DNA of 64,000 nucleotides from Octopus vulgaris. Lineage: Eukaryota. The translations under genes were made by a program, and so were the position numbers. Of this stretch, positions 27,818-42,089 are shown piece after piece. The stretch is taken from NCBI GenBank assembly GCA_951406725.2, contig OX597837.1:4712001-4776000 (forward strand), in the 5' to 3' direction. How positions within the stretch are numbered: the first letter of the stretch is position 1; each line of letters opens with the position of its first letter. Under the pieces are notes generated by a model, which was not told the DNA's origin, ran no database searches, and saw only the letters and a list, made by a program, of their open reading frames with translations.

Positions 27818-28603
27818 ATAATTATAATAGATATAATTATATATATAATTATAATATATAATAGAGAGACAGAGGTATGACGAAGAAGACCGCTAGAGAG
27901 AAATGAGAAAATGGGAAGATAGTGTGGGCTGACGAAAAGGTATTCTAGTAGACAGACCTACTCAAGTTTATTTCTTTTAACATTTCTGAGAGCGTTTGTC
28001 TATCCGAAAGTGAAAGTGAATGACAAACGTTACTTCCAGCGATCAAGATTTCCGGTTGACTTAATATACTACGAAGCAATTACATAACTTAAAAACAGTC
28101 TCCTGTGTTTTGGAAGTAATGTACTATAGACTTTATACTAGCTTCTGAACTAATCAAACGAAATATTTTTAACGATGCTTGGATTTAAGTTGTCGGCGTG
28201 TTTAGTGTAGGATATACAGCTTCACGGATGAGAAGTAATGCAGGACATTTTGTGTTATAACATTTTATGTGATGTAACTGGTGAACGAAGCACCAGTTAC
28301 ATCTGGAGTGGCTGTGTGGTAAGTAGCTTGCTAACCAACCACATGGTTCCGGGTTCAGTCCCACTGCGTGGCACCTTGGGCAAGTGTCTTCTGCTATAGC
28401 CTCGGGCCGACCAATGCCTTGTGAGTGGATTTGGTAGACGGAAACTGAAAGAAGCCCGTCGTATATATGTATATATGTATATGTGTGTGCGTGTATGTTT
28501 GTGTGTCTGTGTTTGTCCCCCTTGACAACCAATGCTGGTGTGTATAATATAAACATGTGAATTTGATTCAAATATCTATGCGACAGAAACTTATGGTCAT
28601 TTC

Positions 28604-29018
28604 GGATCTTTTCGGTTTGAACGGCAGTTTCTTCTAGGGGTGTCATATGAAATTGCCAGTCATAATTATGACCCTAGTATCGATCTATTGCATTTCAATC
28701 TGTTTTAGTTTTAGGGTTAGGGATAGGTGGAAGGATATATCTTTTCTTCAGAAATGTATATAAACCCAATCTGTTTCTTAAACGAGGGACATATTAATAC
28801 GGCACAGAATGTTTTCACCTCAATAGACGTCATTGATTGGTTGAAATTGCAGATATTGAAGAAAAAAACAACAAATATCTTACAAACTATAGAATTTTAT
28901 CAATAAATCCAAGAGAAAAAGGTGTTTTATAAACACACTCTACCAGTATACGAAGTTTAAAAGTGTTTAGTTACATGGAAATTATTTTAAAAAACTGCCG
29001 TTCAAACCGAAAAGATCC
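28604..29018. mobile_element. MITE (non-autonomous DNA transposon)
   Basis: About 27-bp perfect TIR GGATCTTTTCGGTTTGAACGGCAGTTT/AAACTGCCGTTCAAACCGAAAAGATCC; ATTT next to both ends as a possible TSD. Confidence 0.82.
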
Positions 29019-29396
29019 CATTTATTTATTTATCTCGCCCGTCATCCGAGAAACATAAATATTTCTGAAGAGCTGGAGAAACATACTTGTCATGGGTATC
29101 GTCGAATATAATTTTCAGTACAGAATTTATCAACACCATTTAGAAATTAAAATTGCCCAGAGCATATCAGTAAAATATGATTATGTTATATTAGTGAACG
29201 ATGAAAGAAATGCTAAACAACAAATATTTTCGAAGCATAAAATAAATTATGAATTTAAAAATTATAAGCTCCAGGCCAAGACAATAGCAAATACGTCAAA
29301 TAGCCCATGGGAACGCAACAATAAACCTTCCGCAATCCTGAAGCCAATGTTAATCCCTAGTGCAAAGCAACACCAGCAATTCTCAATCTTAACACT

Positions 29397-29427
<31 letters not shown>

Positions 29428-29797
29428 ATGTACGTACGTAGATACATACTTGCTTCAGTCATTTAACTGCGGCCATGCTAGAGCGCTGTCTTGAAGAGTT
29501 TTAGGCTAACAAATCGACACTAGGACTTATTTTTTAAACCTAAAACTTTTTCAATAGGCTCCCTTTGCCGACTACACCGGCTGTCAAACGGTGACAGGGG
29601 TCCAAACACAGACCCAAACACACACACACACACACACGTATGACATATGTATACACATTTCCGTCGACCAAATTCACTCACAAGGATTTGGTCGGCCCAA
29701 AGATATAGTAGAAGACATTTGCTCAGAGTGCCACACAGTAGGGCTGAACCCGGAGTCATGCGGTTGGGAAGCAAGCTGCTTACCACACATTTACGCC

Positions 29798-29852
<55 letters not shown>

Positions 29853-29867
29853 GTATGTATGTATGTA

Positions 29868-30150
29868 CGAGGTCTGATCAATAATTATCTGAGCTGTTGC
29901 CAGAGTAACAAAGCTACAACACATAGAGTAAAGCCCACACTGACTTTAAATACTGCTGTGTAAGCACACTAAGTTTTAAAGTTCTAGCTCTCTTCCATTG
30001 TTTACAGCAGTGTTTCCAAGGATTGTGTGTAGTTTGGGATCGCCGCATTGGCCATGACAAAGAAAATTGAGCAGAGAATCTGCATCAAATTTTGCATAAA
30101 GCTTGGTAATACCTTATCAGAGGCCTACGCAAAGTTTTCAAAAAGTTTTC
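29868..30150 (+). mobile_element. Mariner-family 5' remnant
   Basis: TA|CGAGGTCTGATCAATAA TIR-like start; ATG at 30054 gives MTKKIEQRICIKFCIKLGNTLSEAYAK; cut off by a SINE. Confidence 0.75.
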
Positions 30151-30399
30151 CTTATTTGGCTGTGTGGTAAGTATCTTGTTTACGAACCACAAGGTTCCGG
30201 ATTCAGTCCCACTGCATGGCACCTTCGGCAAGTGTCTTCTACTATAGCCTCGGGCCGACCAGAGCCTTGTGAGTGGATTTGGTAGACGGAAACTGAAAGA
30301 AGCCCGGAAACTATGATAAAAGTTACAACATAACTCTCATTAAATTTAGGCCGACGTCGGCGTATCTTCTGGTCTATTAATATTCTAAAGCTAATAATA

Positions 30400-30573
30400 G
30401 GCGCAGGAGTGGCTGTGTGGTAATTAGCTTGCCTACCAACCACATGGTTCCGGGTTCAGTCCCACTGCGTGGCATCTTGGATGAGTGTCGTCTACTATAG
30501 CCTCGGGCCGACCAGACCCTTGTGAGTGGATTTGGTAGACCGAAACTGAAAGAAGCCCGTCGTATATATGTAA

Positions 30574-30615
<42 letters not shown>

Positions 30616-30840
30616 TTCTGTGTCTGTGTTTGTCCCCCCAACATCGCGTGACAACCGATATTTGTGTGTTTATTTCCCGTGAATTAGTGGCTCGACAAAA
30701 GAGACCGATACACTAAGTACTAGGCGCAGGAGTGGCTGTGTGGTAATTAGCTTGCTTACCAACCACATGGTTCCGGGTTCAGTCCCACTGTGTGGCACCT
30801 TGGCCACAGTCAAATGACTGAAACAAGTAAAAGAATAAAA
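30400..30840 (+). mobile_element. SINE family A with a second head nested in its tail
   Basis: GGCGCAGGAGTGGCTGTGTGG at 30400 and again at 30723; another head fragment at 30158-30306. Confidence 0.8.
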
Positions 30841-31269
30841 GAACACAAGAATAAAAGAATACACGAAGCCACTTCCCATCCGCAGAAAAACGAACACAAT
30901 ATCAAATAACATTAACTTGCTGAAATTCAAATATACACCGACATTTTACATCTATTTACTTGAAGCGAAAATTACAAGAACGAAGACAACGCGAATTGAA
31001 ATAGTTCAGTCATAATGCCAACATAATTCTAGCGGAACTGTTTTGATGGATGCTGAATAGCAACGTTTGCATCACTCGCATATTCTTCAAGACAGCTGCA
31101 CGAAGAGCTGAACAGTGCAGACAGCTCTTGAAATACTCGCCATTTTCAACTTGTTACTATTTAACATACTTCACTTCGTTGTTTAACGTGTCCGTAGATT
31201 CGTAGATTCGGTGGTGAAAAGGTTGTTGGCACAGAAATACTAATGTTTCTTTTTGGCCCACTCAGCGTA

Positions 31270-31337
<68 letters not shown>

Positions 31338-31403
31338 GGAAACAAATATATATATAAATCAATATGTATATATGTATATATATATATATATACACTTACA
31401 TAC

Positions 31404-31487
<84 letters not shown>

Positions 31488-31907
31488 ATAAGTATATATC
31501 TATATCTATATTTATATGTGCATGTGTGTATATACACACACACACATATATATATAAAAGTATGTAGTTTATATATACATGTATATATATATATATATAT
31601 ATACATACATATACATATCACGTGATCACGTGACCGACCAGTCCATCAGATGTAGTTACACATCGCTGGTCACAATGCGTTCGCATTGTTTTAGCCTTCG
31701 AATGACGCCACCCCGCTGGCTAAGCGAACAGGCCAACAGAAGAAAGAGTGGGAGAAATAGTGGTGAAAGAGTACAGCAGGGATCACTCCCCCCTGCCGGA
31801 GCCCCACAACGCCCGGTCTGCGAATCGAAACCGCGATCCTACAACCGCGAGTCCGCTGCCCTAACCATTGGGCCATTGCACCTCCACACATATACATATA
31901 CATATAG

Positions 31908-31937
<30 letters not shown>

Positions 31938-31939
<2 letters not shown>

Positions 31940-32142
31940 CACAATCAAGGAACGGCCATAATAGGCCATTCACCCACTAGAAATAACAGCCAAAAGCTTT
32001 AACCGCAAAATAACATTAATACCGTAAACCAGGAGAAAATTGAAAAACTTTTACCCTGTAATTTCTTAGACGATGCACCGTTTCATCTACCGTTTAATGG
32101 TAAACTAACCTGATTAAATTAAATCAAGCCAATCCACCATAG
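31938..32142 (-). mobile_element. Dispersed partial copy of the 491-nt hammerhead repeat, running into the N gap
   Basis: Reverse complement of about 20772-20976; contains the GAAA/stem III/GUC half of the ribozyme. Confidence 0.85.
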
Positions 32143-32242
32143 NNNNNNNNNNNNNNNNNNNNNNNNNNNNNNNNNNNNNNNNNNNNNNNNNNNNNNNNNN
32201 NNNNNNNNNNNNNNNNNNNNNNNNNNNNNNNNNNNNNNNNNN
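32143..32242. other. Assembly gap (100 N)
   Basis: Run of N. Confidence 1.
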
Positions 32243-32432
32243 GTGTGTGTGTGTGTGTGTGTGTGTAGAACAATGAGAATAAGTGCTCAACACCGCATTG
32301 GTGGATAAAGATATATATATTTTTTGTATATTAAGGAGACGAACACCTATTTCTCTGTGATCAGCTTGAAAAATTGTTAAGATATTTCCGGATCATGAAA
32401 CCAACGATAGCCTTAATACACAAATAATGTAA

Positions 32433-32529
<97 letters not shown>

Positions 32530-32723
32530 AAGGCGGCGAGCTGGCAGAAACTTTAGCTTCTGCCGCTACGTTCTGAGTTCCAATTCCGCCAAGGTCGACT
32601 TTGCCTTTCATATTTCGGGGTCGATTAGATAAGTACCAGTTACGCACTGGGGTCGATATAATCGACTTAATCCGTTTGTCAGTCCTGGTTTGTTCCCTCT
32701 GTGTCTAGCCCTTTGTGGGCAGT

Positions 32724-32805
<82 letters not shown>

Positions 32806-32848
32806 TCATACATACATACATACATACATACATACATACATACATACA

Positions 32849-32879
<31 letters not shown>

Positions 32880-33180
32880 GGTATCTGATAATGCGTCAAT
32901 GAGTAGAAAAGCATTCGAACGGCTATGAGAATAAACATGATGTTATAACGAAAACCACAAATCTTGTTAAATACAGCCACGAAGGGTCTCCTGGTCGAAA
33001 CAATGATTTATTCCGCCATTTATCAAACTGAAAACATGACCATTTGTCAGTTGTCTTTTGAGCAGATAACGTTCAAACCTAAGACGCTGGTAAAGAAGAA
33101 AGAAGAAAAACACAAGGGGGGATAACTCACTTTACACTAATTCCATGTCAAACTGACGTAAACAAAATTTTAGTGATTTA

Positions 33181-33468
33181 TTAAGTGTCCGGTGGTCTCC
33201 TTTTAAATTCTGACATCTCGTCCTCGGAATTTATAAACGGTTCATTGGAGGTTCTCAATTTCTTTAAGAGATATAGTTTTTCAAGTGAACATGCTGAACA
33301 GTTTTAGGACCCGATAATATAGGGTCTGGTTTAGGAGATGATTTTCCATTTGTTTTCGAAACTGATCCGTTTGTCTTTAAGTTTCCAGACTACAGCTAAA
33401 AGGACTGTTGATTGTTTCTTATCACGGTGCTTAAAATTCGAAAGATGGTTGTTATATCTGGATTTCGT
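33181..33468 (-). pseudogene. Penelope-like element endonuclease C-terminal remnant
   Basis: Manual translation TKSRYNNHLSNFKHRDKKQSTVLLAVVWKLKDKRISFENKWKIIS*TRPYIIGS*NCSACSLEKLYLL resembles the PLE pattern K.RY.NH..SF...ST.L...W.LK...W.I...PY..G...C..C..EK; two in-frame stops. Confidence 0.78.
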
Positions 33469-33922
33469 ATTATATATATTTATGCATTTTGCACTCAACA
33501 ATATTTATTGAGTAATCTTTCGTTGGCAAACCATTTTACAATGATTCACATGAACTATAGAACTCTACTCTAATAGATGTATTCATTCAATCACACACAG
33601 ATTCATATACATATGAGAATAATTCATTTTAGCTGTAGCACACGAAACAGATAAAGCTATAAATAATAGCATATCAATATTGGGTTAAAACCACATTTGG
33701 GTAGAAAAAGTCCAAGGCCGCTCGTACGTAGGATGGTTGAACCTACTAGTTACAAGCTATTGTTTATAGCCTTATCTACTTGGAGTTCTGCAATTAGAAA
33801 CGAATTATTTCTCCTTTCTGGATGTTTCAGAATCTGTATGACGTGAGTAAATATATATATATATATATATATATAGATATAGATATATAGATAGATAGAT
33901 AGATAGATTGATAGATAGATAA

Positions 33923-33989
<67 letters not shown>

Positions 33990-34121
33990 TACACGCATAA
34001 ATATATATATATACGCATAAATATATATATATACGTATAAATATAAATATTTTGGCGTGTGTATATATATATATATATATATATATGCGTATATATGTGT
34101 CTGTGTTTTATAATATATATA

Positions 34122-34192
<71 letters not shown>

Positions 34193-34255
34193 CGGTTGCC
34201 ACTACATACATTTGTTTCTCTCTCCTTGTTTCGCTCCTTGTTTTTTCTGTGGTCC

Positions 34256-34291
34256 CTTTCTGTAGAAGAGCGTAGGCTCGAAACGTAAAAG
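34256..34291 (+). ncRNA. Minimal hammerhead-like motif with A6U core
   Basis: CTTT CTGTAGA A GAGC gtag GCTC GAAA CG T A AAAG; a second copy lies at 56522-56557. Confidence 0.55.
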
Positions 34292-34379
34292 ACTTTTTCA
34301 CTTCCTGAGCGTTATACTAATACATCTGTTTGTTTTGTACACCACCTGCCTTCGTCTTTTGGGTTTTTTTGTGAATTCT

Positions 34380-34414
<35 letters not shown>

Positions 34415-35049
34415 TGTGTGTATATATGTGTCTGCGTGTATAATTATATACTGAGATGGATAGATAGAAAGAGAGAGAGAGAGATAAATAGATTTACATT
34501 TAAACTAATATACATGAGTACTGGCACATATCTTTCTCTCTCTCTCTCTCTCTCTCTCTTTTGTATATACATATATTTGCGAATGTGTGTGGGTGCGTGT
34601 GAGTATATGTATACATATGCAGACAATCACAAACACCCACGCATACACACACACACACACACACACATGTATGTGTGTACACTTGTGAAGTCACACGACA
34701 AAACACCAGCAACAACAACAACGCACACACACAACCCACACACACCTCGTTTACATAATTTTTTTTTTATTAACTTCGTTCGTTATGCTACCACAGTTAT
34801 ATTCCACCAGTAATTAACTACGCCTTGTGTTCAGACATACAACGCTAATGAAGTACAATCATAATCTACCAAGAATTTGTTCAATTTCCAACTTGATGGA
34901 AACTAAGCAATCACAGAATTTGGATAAACTCTTCGGGCAACTATTTTGGAAATTAAAAGAAAATATCGTTTTGCTGTGAAAATATTTGGAGAGAAGAATG
35001 TATAAAAACCGTACGCTTTTGAATTATATTAAAAACTATATTATTATTA

Positions 35050-35189
<140 letters not shown>

Positions 35190-35228
35190 ATTATTATTGT
35201 CGTCGTCGACGTCATCCAAAACATCATC

Positions 35229-35266
<38 letters not shown>

Positions 35267-35879
35267 GGTGAGCTGTCAGATTCGTTAGCACGCCTGACAG
35301 GAATGCTTAACGGCATGTCTTCTGGCTGTTTATGTAGGAGTGGCTGTATGGTAAGTAGCTTCCTTACGAACCACATGGTTCCGGGTTCAGTCCCACTGCG
35401 TGGCACCTTGGGCAGGTGTCTTCTACTATAGCCTCGGGCCGACCAAAGCCTTGTGAGTGGATTTGGTAGACGGAAACTGAAAGAAGCCTATCGTATATAT
35501 GTATATGTATATATGTATGTTTGTGTGTCTGCGTTTGTCCCCCCAACATCGCTTGACAACCGATGCTGGTGTGTCTACATACTAGCGGTTCGGCAAAAGA
35601 GACCGATAGAATAAGTACTAGCCTTACAAAGAACAGTCCTGGGGTCGATTTGCTCGACTAAAGGTGGTGCTCCTTTAACAATACATGCATACATGGTGGC
35701 TGCCCCTTCGTTATCGAGTATGGTCATTGCACGAAGCTTAATCAATATTGTTATCATGCAATGCCTGTGCAAGAAGATTTTTTTTAAAGTGAAGAAAGGC
35801 TGTGCACTGAGTCAATCCCACTCACTAAGCAACAGCAGTCATAATCCGAAAAGAAGGATAAGTCCACATCATCGGTAAC

Positions 35880-36250
35880 CACTGAGCCGCAGGTTTTATA
35901 TCGGAGTTATCCCAGTTACCCGAGTTACCTTCTCCTAGAAGGATGCCCTAACAAAGGCTAGGAGTCCTTCACTCCCAATGGTTTAACCGCGCGATCGGGT
36001 ATTCAGTCCGATTATTTCTATGTCCCCGCGCATGATACAGCCTTAAGACATTTATTTATTGGATTGCCGATGACACTCAAGAGTTCCTCCGCCCTTTGAC
36101 GGGTTTGGTTTTTCATCCCGCAGGGTATCCAATAATCACCCTCCTTACCAAGCCAAGCTTGGTGGGGTTGTCGGTTTAGTCGCCGACGACCCGACCATGC
36201 AACAGGTTGTACTGGGTTACATGTTACCAGTTGCACTCGAAAGTGACCTG
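35880..36250 (-). mobile_element. Possible RTE-LINE 5' UTR-derived repeat
   Basis: Minus strand has CTAGGAGAAGGTAACTC..GATATAAAACC, resembling a motif recalled from RTE 5' UTRs; no ORF. Confidence 0.35.
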
Positions 36251-36309
36251 ACATACATACATACATACATACATATATACATACATACATACATACATAC
36301 ATACATACA

Positions 36310-36403
<94 letters not shown>

Positions 36404-36421
36404 CATACATACATACATAAA

Positions 36422-36455
<34 letters not shown>

Positions 36456-36492
36456 CATACATACATACATATATACATACATACATACATAT

Positions 36493-36523
<31 letters not shown>

Positions 36524-36625
36524 CATACATAAATACATACATACATACATAAATACATACATACATACATACATACATACATACATACATACATACATAC
36601 ATACATACATACATACATACATACA
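36251..36625. repeat. (CATA)n microsatellite; (GATA)n tracts at 32434-32528, 32725-32804, 33890-33988 and 48530-48790; long (TA)n e.g. 4100-4306 and 59180-59290
   Basis: Directly visible. Confidence 0.95.
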
Positions 36626-37116
36626 AATATATATATACGACGGTTTTCTGTTAGTTCCCGATAGTATAAGTACCAGTCTCAAAACCTAAAACAAATACGA
36701 AACTGGAATCGATTAGTTCGAGTAAAAATTCCTCAACGTGGTGCCCCAGCATGGCCGTAAACAAGTAAAAGAGTAAAGAGTAAAAGATTAAAACGATAAC
36801 CGAAGCACACAAGCACGTATCCGCATCAACTGTATTCAAACATCGCTGTATTATGATCGCTTTTAGAACGTTTCTCCATCAGCTATTGACGTGAAAACGG
36901 ATAAAGTTTCACTTCTGCTTTTTCGCTTGCTAAACTATTTTGTTGCCGTTGTTCAGTTATTATTAAATCAAAAATCTGTTATTTCTTATTGTTATTGTGG
37001 AAACCTGCATTAAATTAAATACTGCGCAAGAAATGATATTAAATATGATATAATGTAAATTTAGCAATATTATATACACCAGAACACTACATAACGTTTT
37101 CCGTGCGTTTGTACGC

Positions 37117-37158
<42 letters not shown>

Positions 37159-37509
37159 GTATGATGTTTGTATATGTATGTGTACTTGTGTGTTGAGGCG
37201 GGGATGGCTATACTGTTCGCCACCGACAGTAAATGTGTTTGTATTTCAGTTGTCTTTTTGATAAATCCAAATGATATATGATTTCAAACTTTACTGTTTG
37301 TCTTATTCGTTTATTGAAATCATGTTTTAGCTTCACAAGTTGATGAAAATTGATTTCGCATTTACTCATTCACTCAAAAGGGAGAGCGATAAAGACAGAG
37401 AGAGCGAGAGAGAGAGAGAGCGATTGAAAGATAGTGCTCTCTCTCACCGCTCTCCCTCTACATACATACATACGTATACATATACACGTATATGCATATT
37501 TATATATTT

Positions 37510-37589
<80 letters not shown>

Positions 37590-37865
37590 GTATGTATGTA
37601 TGTATGCATGTATGTATCTATGTATCTATGTATGTATGTATGAATATACCAATAAAAATATCCGTATGTATATTTATTTATATATGCGCAGGAGTAGCTA
37701 TGTGGTAAGAAGCTTGCTTACAAACCACATAGTTCCGGTTTCAGTGCCACCACGTAGCACCTTGGGTAGATGTCTTCTACTATAGCCACGGTTCGACCAA
37801 AGCCGACCAAAGCCTTCTGAGTAGATTTGGTAGACGGAAACTGAAAGAAGCCAGTCGTACATATG

Positions 37866-37897
<32 letters not shown>

Positions 37898-38597
37898 TGT
37901 ATGTATGTATGTATGTATGTATGTATGTCAGGCATGTGGAAGAGAGTGTAATTCGGCAGGATGACTTAAACGACATGCAAAGGTACATGAAGCCCAGTTA
38001 CAACTACAGCCGGCTATTACCGGTAAAGGTTTTAGTTGCCAATTCTGTACAAAATATTGTAGATCTTTAGCTGGGCTAAAAAGTCACATTCGAACACAGC
38101 ACCAATAACAGTTAAGATTCGTGCAATGGCCATACTCGATAACGAGGGGGCAGCCATCATGTATGTATGTATGTATGTATGTATGTATGTATGTATGTAT
38201 GTATGTATGTATGTATGTATGTATGTATGTGTGTGTGTGTGAGTGTCTGTGTTTGGACCCCCACCATCGCTTGACAACCGATATCGGTGCGTTTCCGTCC
38301 CCGTAATCTAGCGGTTCAGTTGTTCCGTTGGACAGACTACTACAACACTCTCAAGTAGGCTTATCATGCATTTACAACATGGAGCTATTGCACAGCATTA
38401 TATCACATGCCACAAAACTAAATCAGATAGAAAGATACTGGAAGCAAATGGTTATAGGCGCAGGCGTGGCTCTGTGGTAAGAAGCTTGCTTCCCAATCAC
38501 ATGGTTCTGGGTTCATCCCACTACGTGGCACCTTGGTTACGTGTCTTCTACTATAGACTCGAGTCGACCAGAGCCAATGGGAAGTGAAAGAAGGCTC

Positions 38598-38640
<43 letters not shown>

Positions 38641-38738
38641 GTAAATTAATATGTTACAATTATTCAATAGCGAAGATAAAACTCTGAGTAATTTCCCTTT
38701 ATATAACGGTATCTTTTCATAGCGTTTTTCAGATGGCC

Positions 38739-38801
38739 AGATAACCGAAGAGATGGTGTTGTGGATTTCCACTTCGGCATCCGAAACTCAGAGTTTTATC
38801 T
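38739..38801 (+). ncRNA. Type I hammerhead, U4C variant
   Basis: AGATAA CCGAAGA GATG..CATC c GAAA CTCAGAG TT TTATCT; 6-bp stem I and near-palindromic stem III. Confidence 0.65.
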
Positions 38802-38901
38802 TGACTATTGAATAATTGTCACATATTATTTTACAGATAAATTTCCTCTATTTACATAATATTGAGATCTCTTTCTTTCTTTTGTTATTTTACCGTTTTT
38901 A

Positions 38902-38954
<53 letters not shown>

Positions 38955-39237
38955 ATACAAAGTGGGACAAGAACACAAAACATCCAGATAGACGATACAA
39001 AGAAAGCATGGATGCCGGTCCATCGCAGCGTTACTGAAGAAACAGGAAGAGAGAGTGAGAGAAAGTTGTGGCGAAAGAGTACAACAGGCGTCGCCACCAC
39101 CCCCTGCCAGAGCCTCGTGGAGCTTTTTTTAGGTGTTTTAACTCAATAAACACACACAACGCTCGGTCTGGGAATCGAAACCGCGATCTTCCGACCGCGA
39201 GTCCACTGCCCTAACCACTGGGCCATTGCACCTCGAG

Positions 39238-39272
<35 letters not shown>

Positions 39273-39648
39273 CATATATATATATATTACGGAGATGTAC
39301 TTGCATAGCAAGTGACCTGATCTGAGATCGTGTGCTGGAACGGAAACAATTGCAGCGAGGAGGGTGTTTATAAGAAACACACAAAAACCGTTAGATTCAC
39401 TTCAAGGCGGCGAGCTGGCAGAAATGATAGCACGACGGGCGAAATGCGTACCCGTATTTCGTCTGTCGTTACGTTCTGAGTTCAAATTCCGCCGAGGTCG
39501 ACTTTGCCTTTCATCCTTTCGGGGTCGATAAATAAAGTACCAGTTTCCCACTGGGTCGATGTAATCGACTTAATCCCTTTGTCTGTCCTTGTTTGTCCTC
39601 TCTGTGTTTAGCCCCTTGTGGGCAGTAAAGAAATACATTTAAATTTAA

Positions 39649-39699
39649 TTTGTCAAAATATTTTCATCGCTTTGAGACCGCGACCTGTTCATTGACAAA
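39649..39699 (-). ncRNA. Degenerate third copy of the G3-C8 hammerhead family
   Basis: Minus strand TTTGTCA ATGAACA G GTCGC..GCGAT GAAA ATATT T TGACAAA; the host repeat (about 39290-39715) matches 4386-4583 and is split by a SINE. Confidence 0.6.
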
Positions 39700-40159
39700 A
39701 CTTAGTGCTGCATCTGTTATATATATATCTGTTATATATATATGCATACATACTTATTATTCCATTGTCTACTTCGTATTAACATTCATTGAATTCATAA
39801 GCAAAAACAATGGAAAAAATTATTGTAGTGTCTTTGATTTCCAGCGAGAAGAAACCGTGCAACGCTCGTTTCATGTTCGTCGCATTGTTATAATTTTTCT
39901 GATTCAGTAATTATATTTGCTTTCTTAGGTTTTGATATGAATGTAAATCTCTTCGAATTTTCAATTATATTACTTCGAGTTATATTGACCCCACCCCACC
40001 CCCAAGTGTCTTAAGATTTATTAAGACGTGTTTCTTACAGAATCCATCTGTTTTATTTGTATTTGTATATTGCTAATGTCTGATCTTGATAAAAAGAAGA
40101 TTCTTTCTCTCGTCTTGGAAAAATGTAAATATGTTTTCTTCGTATTTAAGCATAAAATA

Positions 40160-40200
<41 letters not shown>

Positions 40201-40346
40201 ATAATTTTTCAAACTCAAAATGATGCATGTTTTAAAAATACAGGTTAGCAGTTCTTCCTGATATTTCAATACTTTGATCTTAGACCCCTTTCTTAGGAAA
40301 TTTTTGGAGAAATATTGTTAAGTGCTGACTTCTTTGTCCTATATAT

Positions 40347-40767
40347 CTTTTTACTACCCACACGGGGCTAAACACAGAGGGGACAAACAAAGACAGACAA
40401 ACGGATTAAGTTGATTACATCGACCCCAGTGCTTAACTGGTACTTAATTTATCGACCCCGAATGGATGAAAGGCAATGTCGACCTCGGCGGAATTTGACC
40501 TCAGAACGTAGCGGCAGACGAAACACCGTTAAGCATTTCGCCCGACATACTAACATTTCTTTATTGCCCACAAGGGGCTAAACATAGAGGGGACAAACAA
40601 GGATAGACAGACGGATTAAGTCGATTACATGGAACCCAGTGCGTAACTGGTACTTATTTAATCAACCCCGAAAGGATGAAAGGCCAAGTCGACCTCGGCG
40701 GAATTTGAACTCAGAACGTAGCGACAGACGAAATACCGCTAGGAATTTCGCCCGGCGTTTTAACGTT
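40347..40767 (-). mobile_element. SINE family B dimer
   Basis: Two units joined near 40555. Confidence 0.8.
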
Positions 40768-41343
40768 TCTGCTAGCTTGCCACCTTCATTAGACAGGAAA
40801 AGTTGATATTAAGAAAATATAAGTCACACTTTCTGCCTTAGGCGTCAGTCATAAATTTTGTGTCGTCTCGTTGACAATAAACTCACCAATATCGTATAGA
40901 AGAAAATCTTATTTGCCTTTATTCCATATTGGCGTCAGTTCTTCAGCTTTCGTTTAATTCTTTTTTTTTTTTTTCTGAAATATTGATGGAACGCAATCGC
41001 AAATTTAAGCCATTTTCGTAGAATGTGTAATGTTCATTTCCACACCAACGTTCGAGAAGCAAACACTTGTACAGTATAGACACCATTCGTCCCCCCACAC
41101 ACACACACACACCGCCCCATAATCATAAAGGTGAAGAGTATATATAAAGAGTATATATAAGAGGGAAAGACTCGATATTGACCTCATTTGTTCACAGGTG
41201 TTTCGTACTTTATACCTGGTCACATCCTCAAAGCTACATCGTCCGGCACACATATATAATTATGAGTGTGTGTGAGGGGGTGTATATCTATATATATTCA
41301 TCTGGTAACTGGATGCTGTGTATATGTATATATATATATTCAT

Positions 41344-41432
<89 letters not shown>

Positions 41433-41434
<2 letters not shown>

Positions 41435-41820
41435 CGCAGGAGTGGCTGTGTGGTAAAGTAGCTTGCGTAACCAACCAGATGGTTCCGGGTTCAGTCCCAC
41501 TACGTGGCACCTTGGGCAAGTGTCTTCTACTATAGCCTCGGGCCGACCAGAGCCTTGTGAGTGGATTTGATAGACGAAAACTGAAAGAAGCCCGTCGTAT
41601 ATATGTGTATATATGCGTGTGTGTGTTTGTGTGTCTGTGTTTGTCCCCCTAGCATTGCTTGACAACCGATGCTGGTGTGTTTTGCTTCGGCAAAACAGAC
41701 CGATAGAATAAGTACTGGGCTTACAAAGAATAAGTGCCAGGGTCGAGTTGCTCGATTAAAGGCGGTGCTTCAGCATGGCCGCAGTCAAATGACTGAAATA
41801 AATAAGAGAGAGTAAAGAGT
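41433..41820 (+). mobile_element. SINE family A copy, full length
   Basis: Starts right after (TA)n; complete head, body and tail. Confidence 0.88.
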
Positions 41821-41825
41821 ATATA

Positions 41826-41874
<49 letters not shown>

Positions 41875-42089
41875 TTGGTGAAATAGAAAGATGAATAATC
41901 TTGTTGCAGATTAATCAAAAGTTTAACCGATACCTTGGTAGCAAAAATCACAGCAGAAGAAAGCACGGTTGGAGGTACAACCATATGGTGTTGCAACCGT
42001 GCGTTGGTGCGGATAATTGAATTTTAATATTATTAGTGAATTGAAGAAATGGAGTTGAACGAAGATTGAACAGAAATCCTTTTATTGCA

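Noticed and set aside
29092-29466. 124-aa ORF
   Set aside because: No domain motif and it ends in a microsatellite; probably chance.
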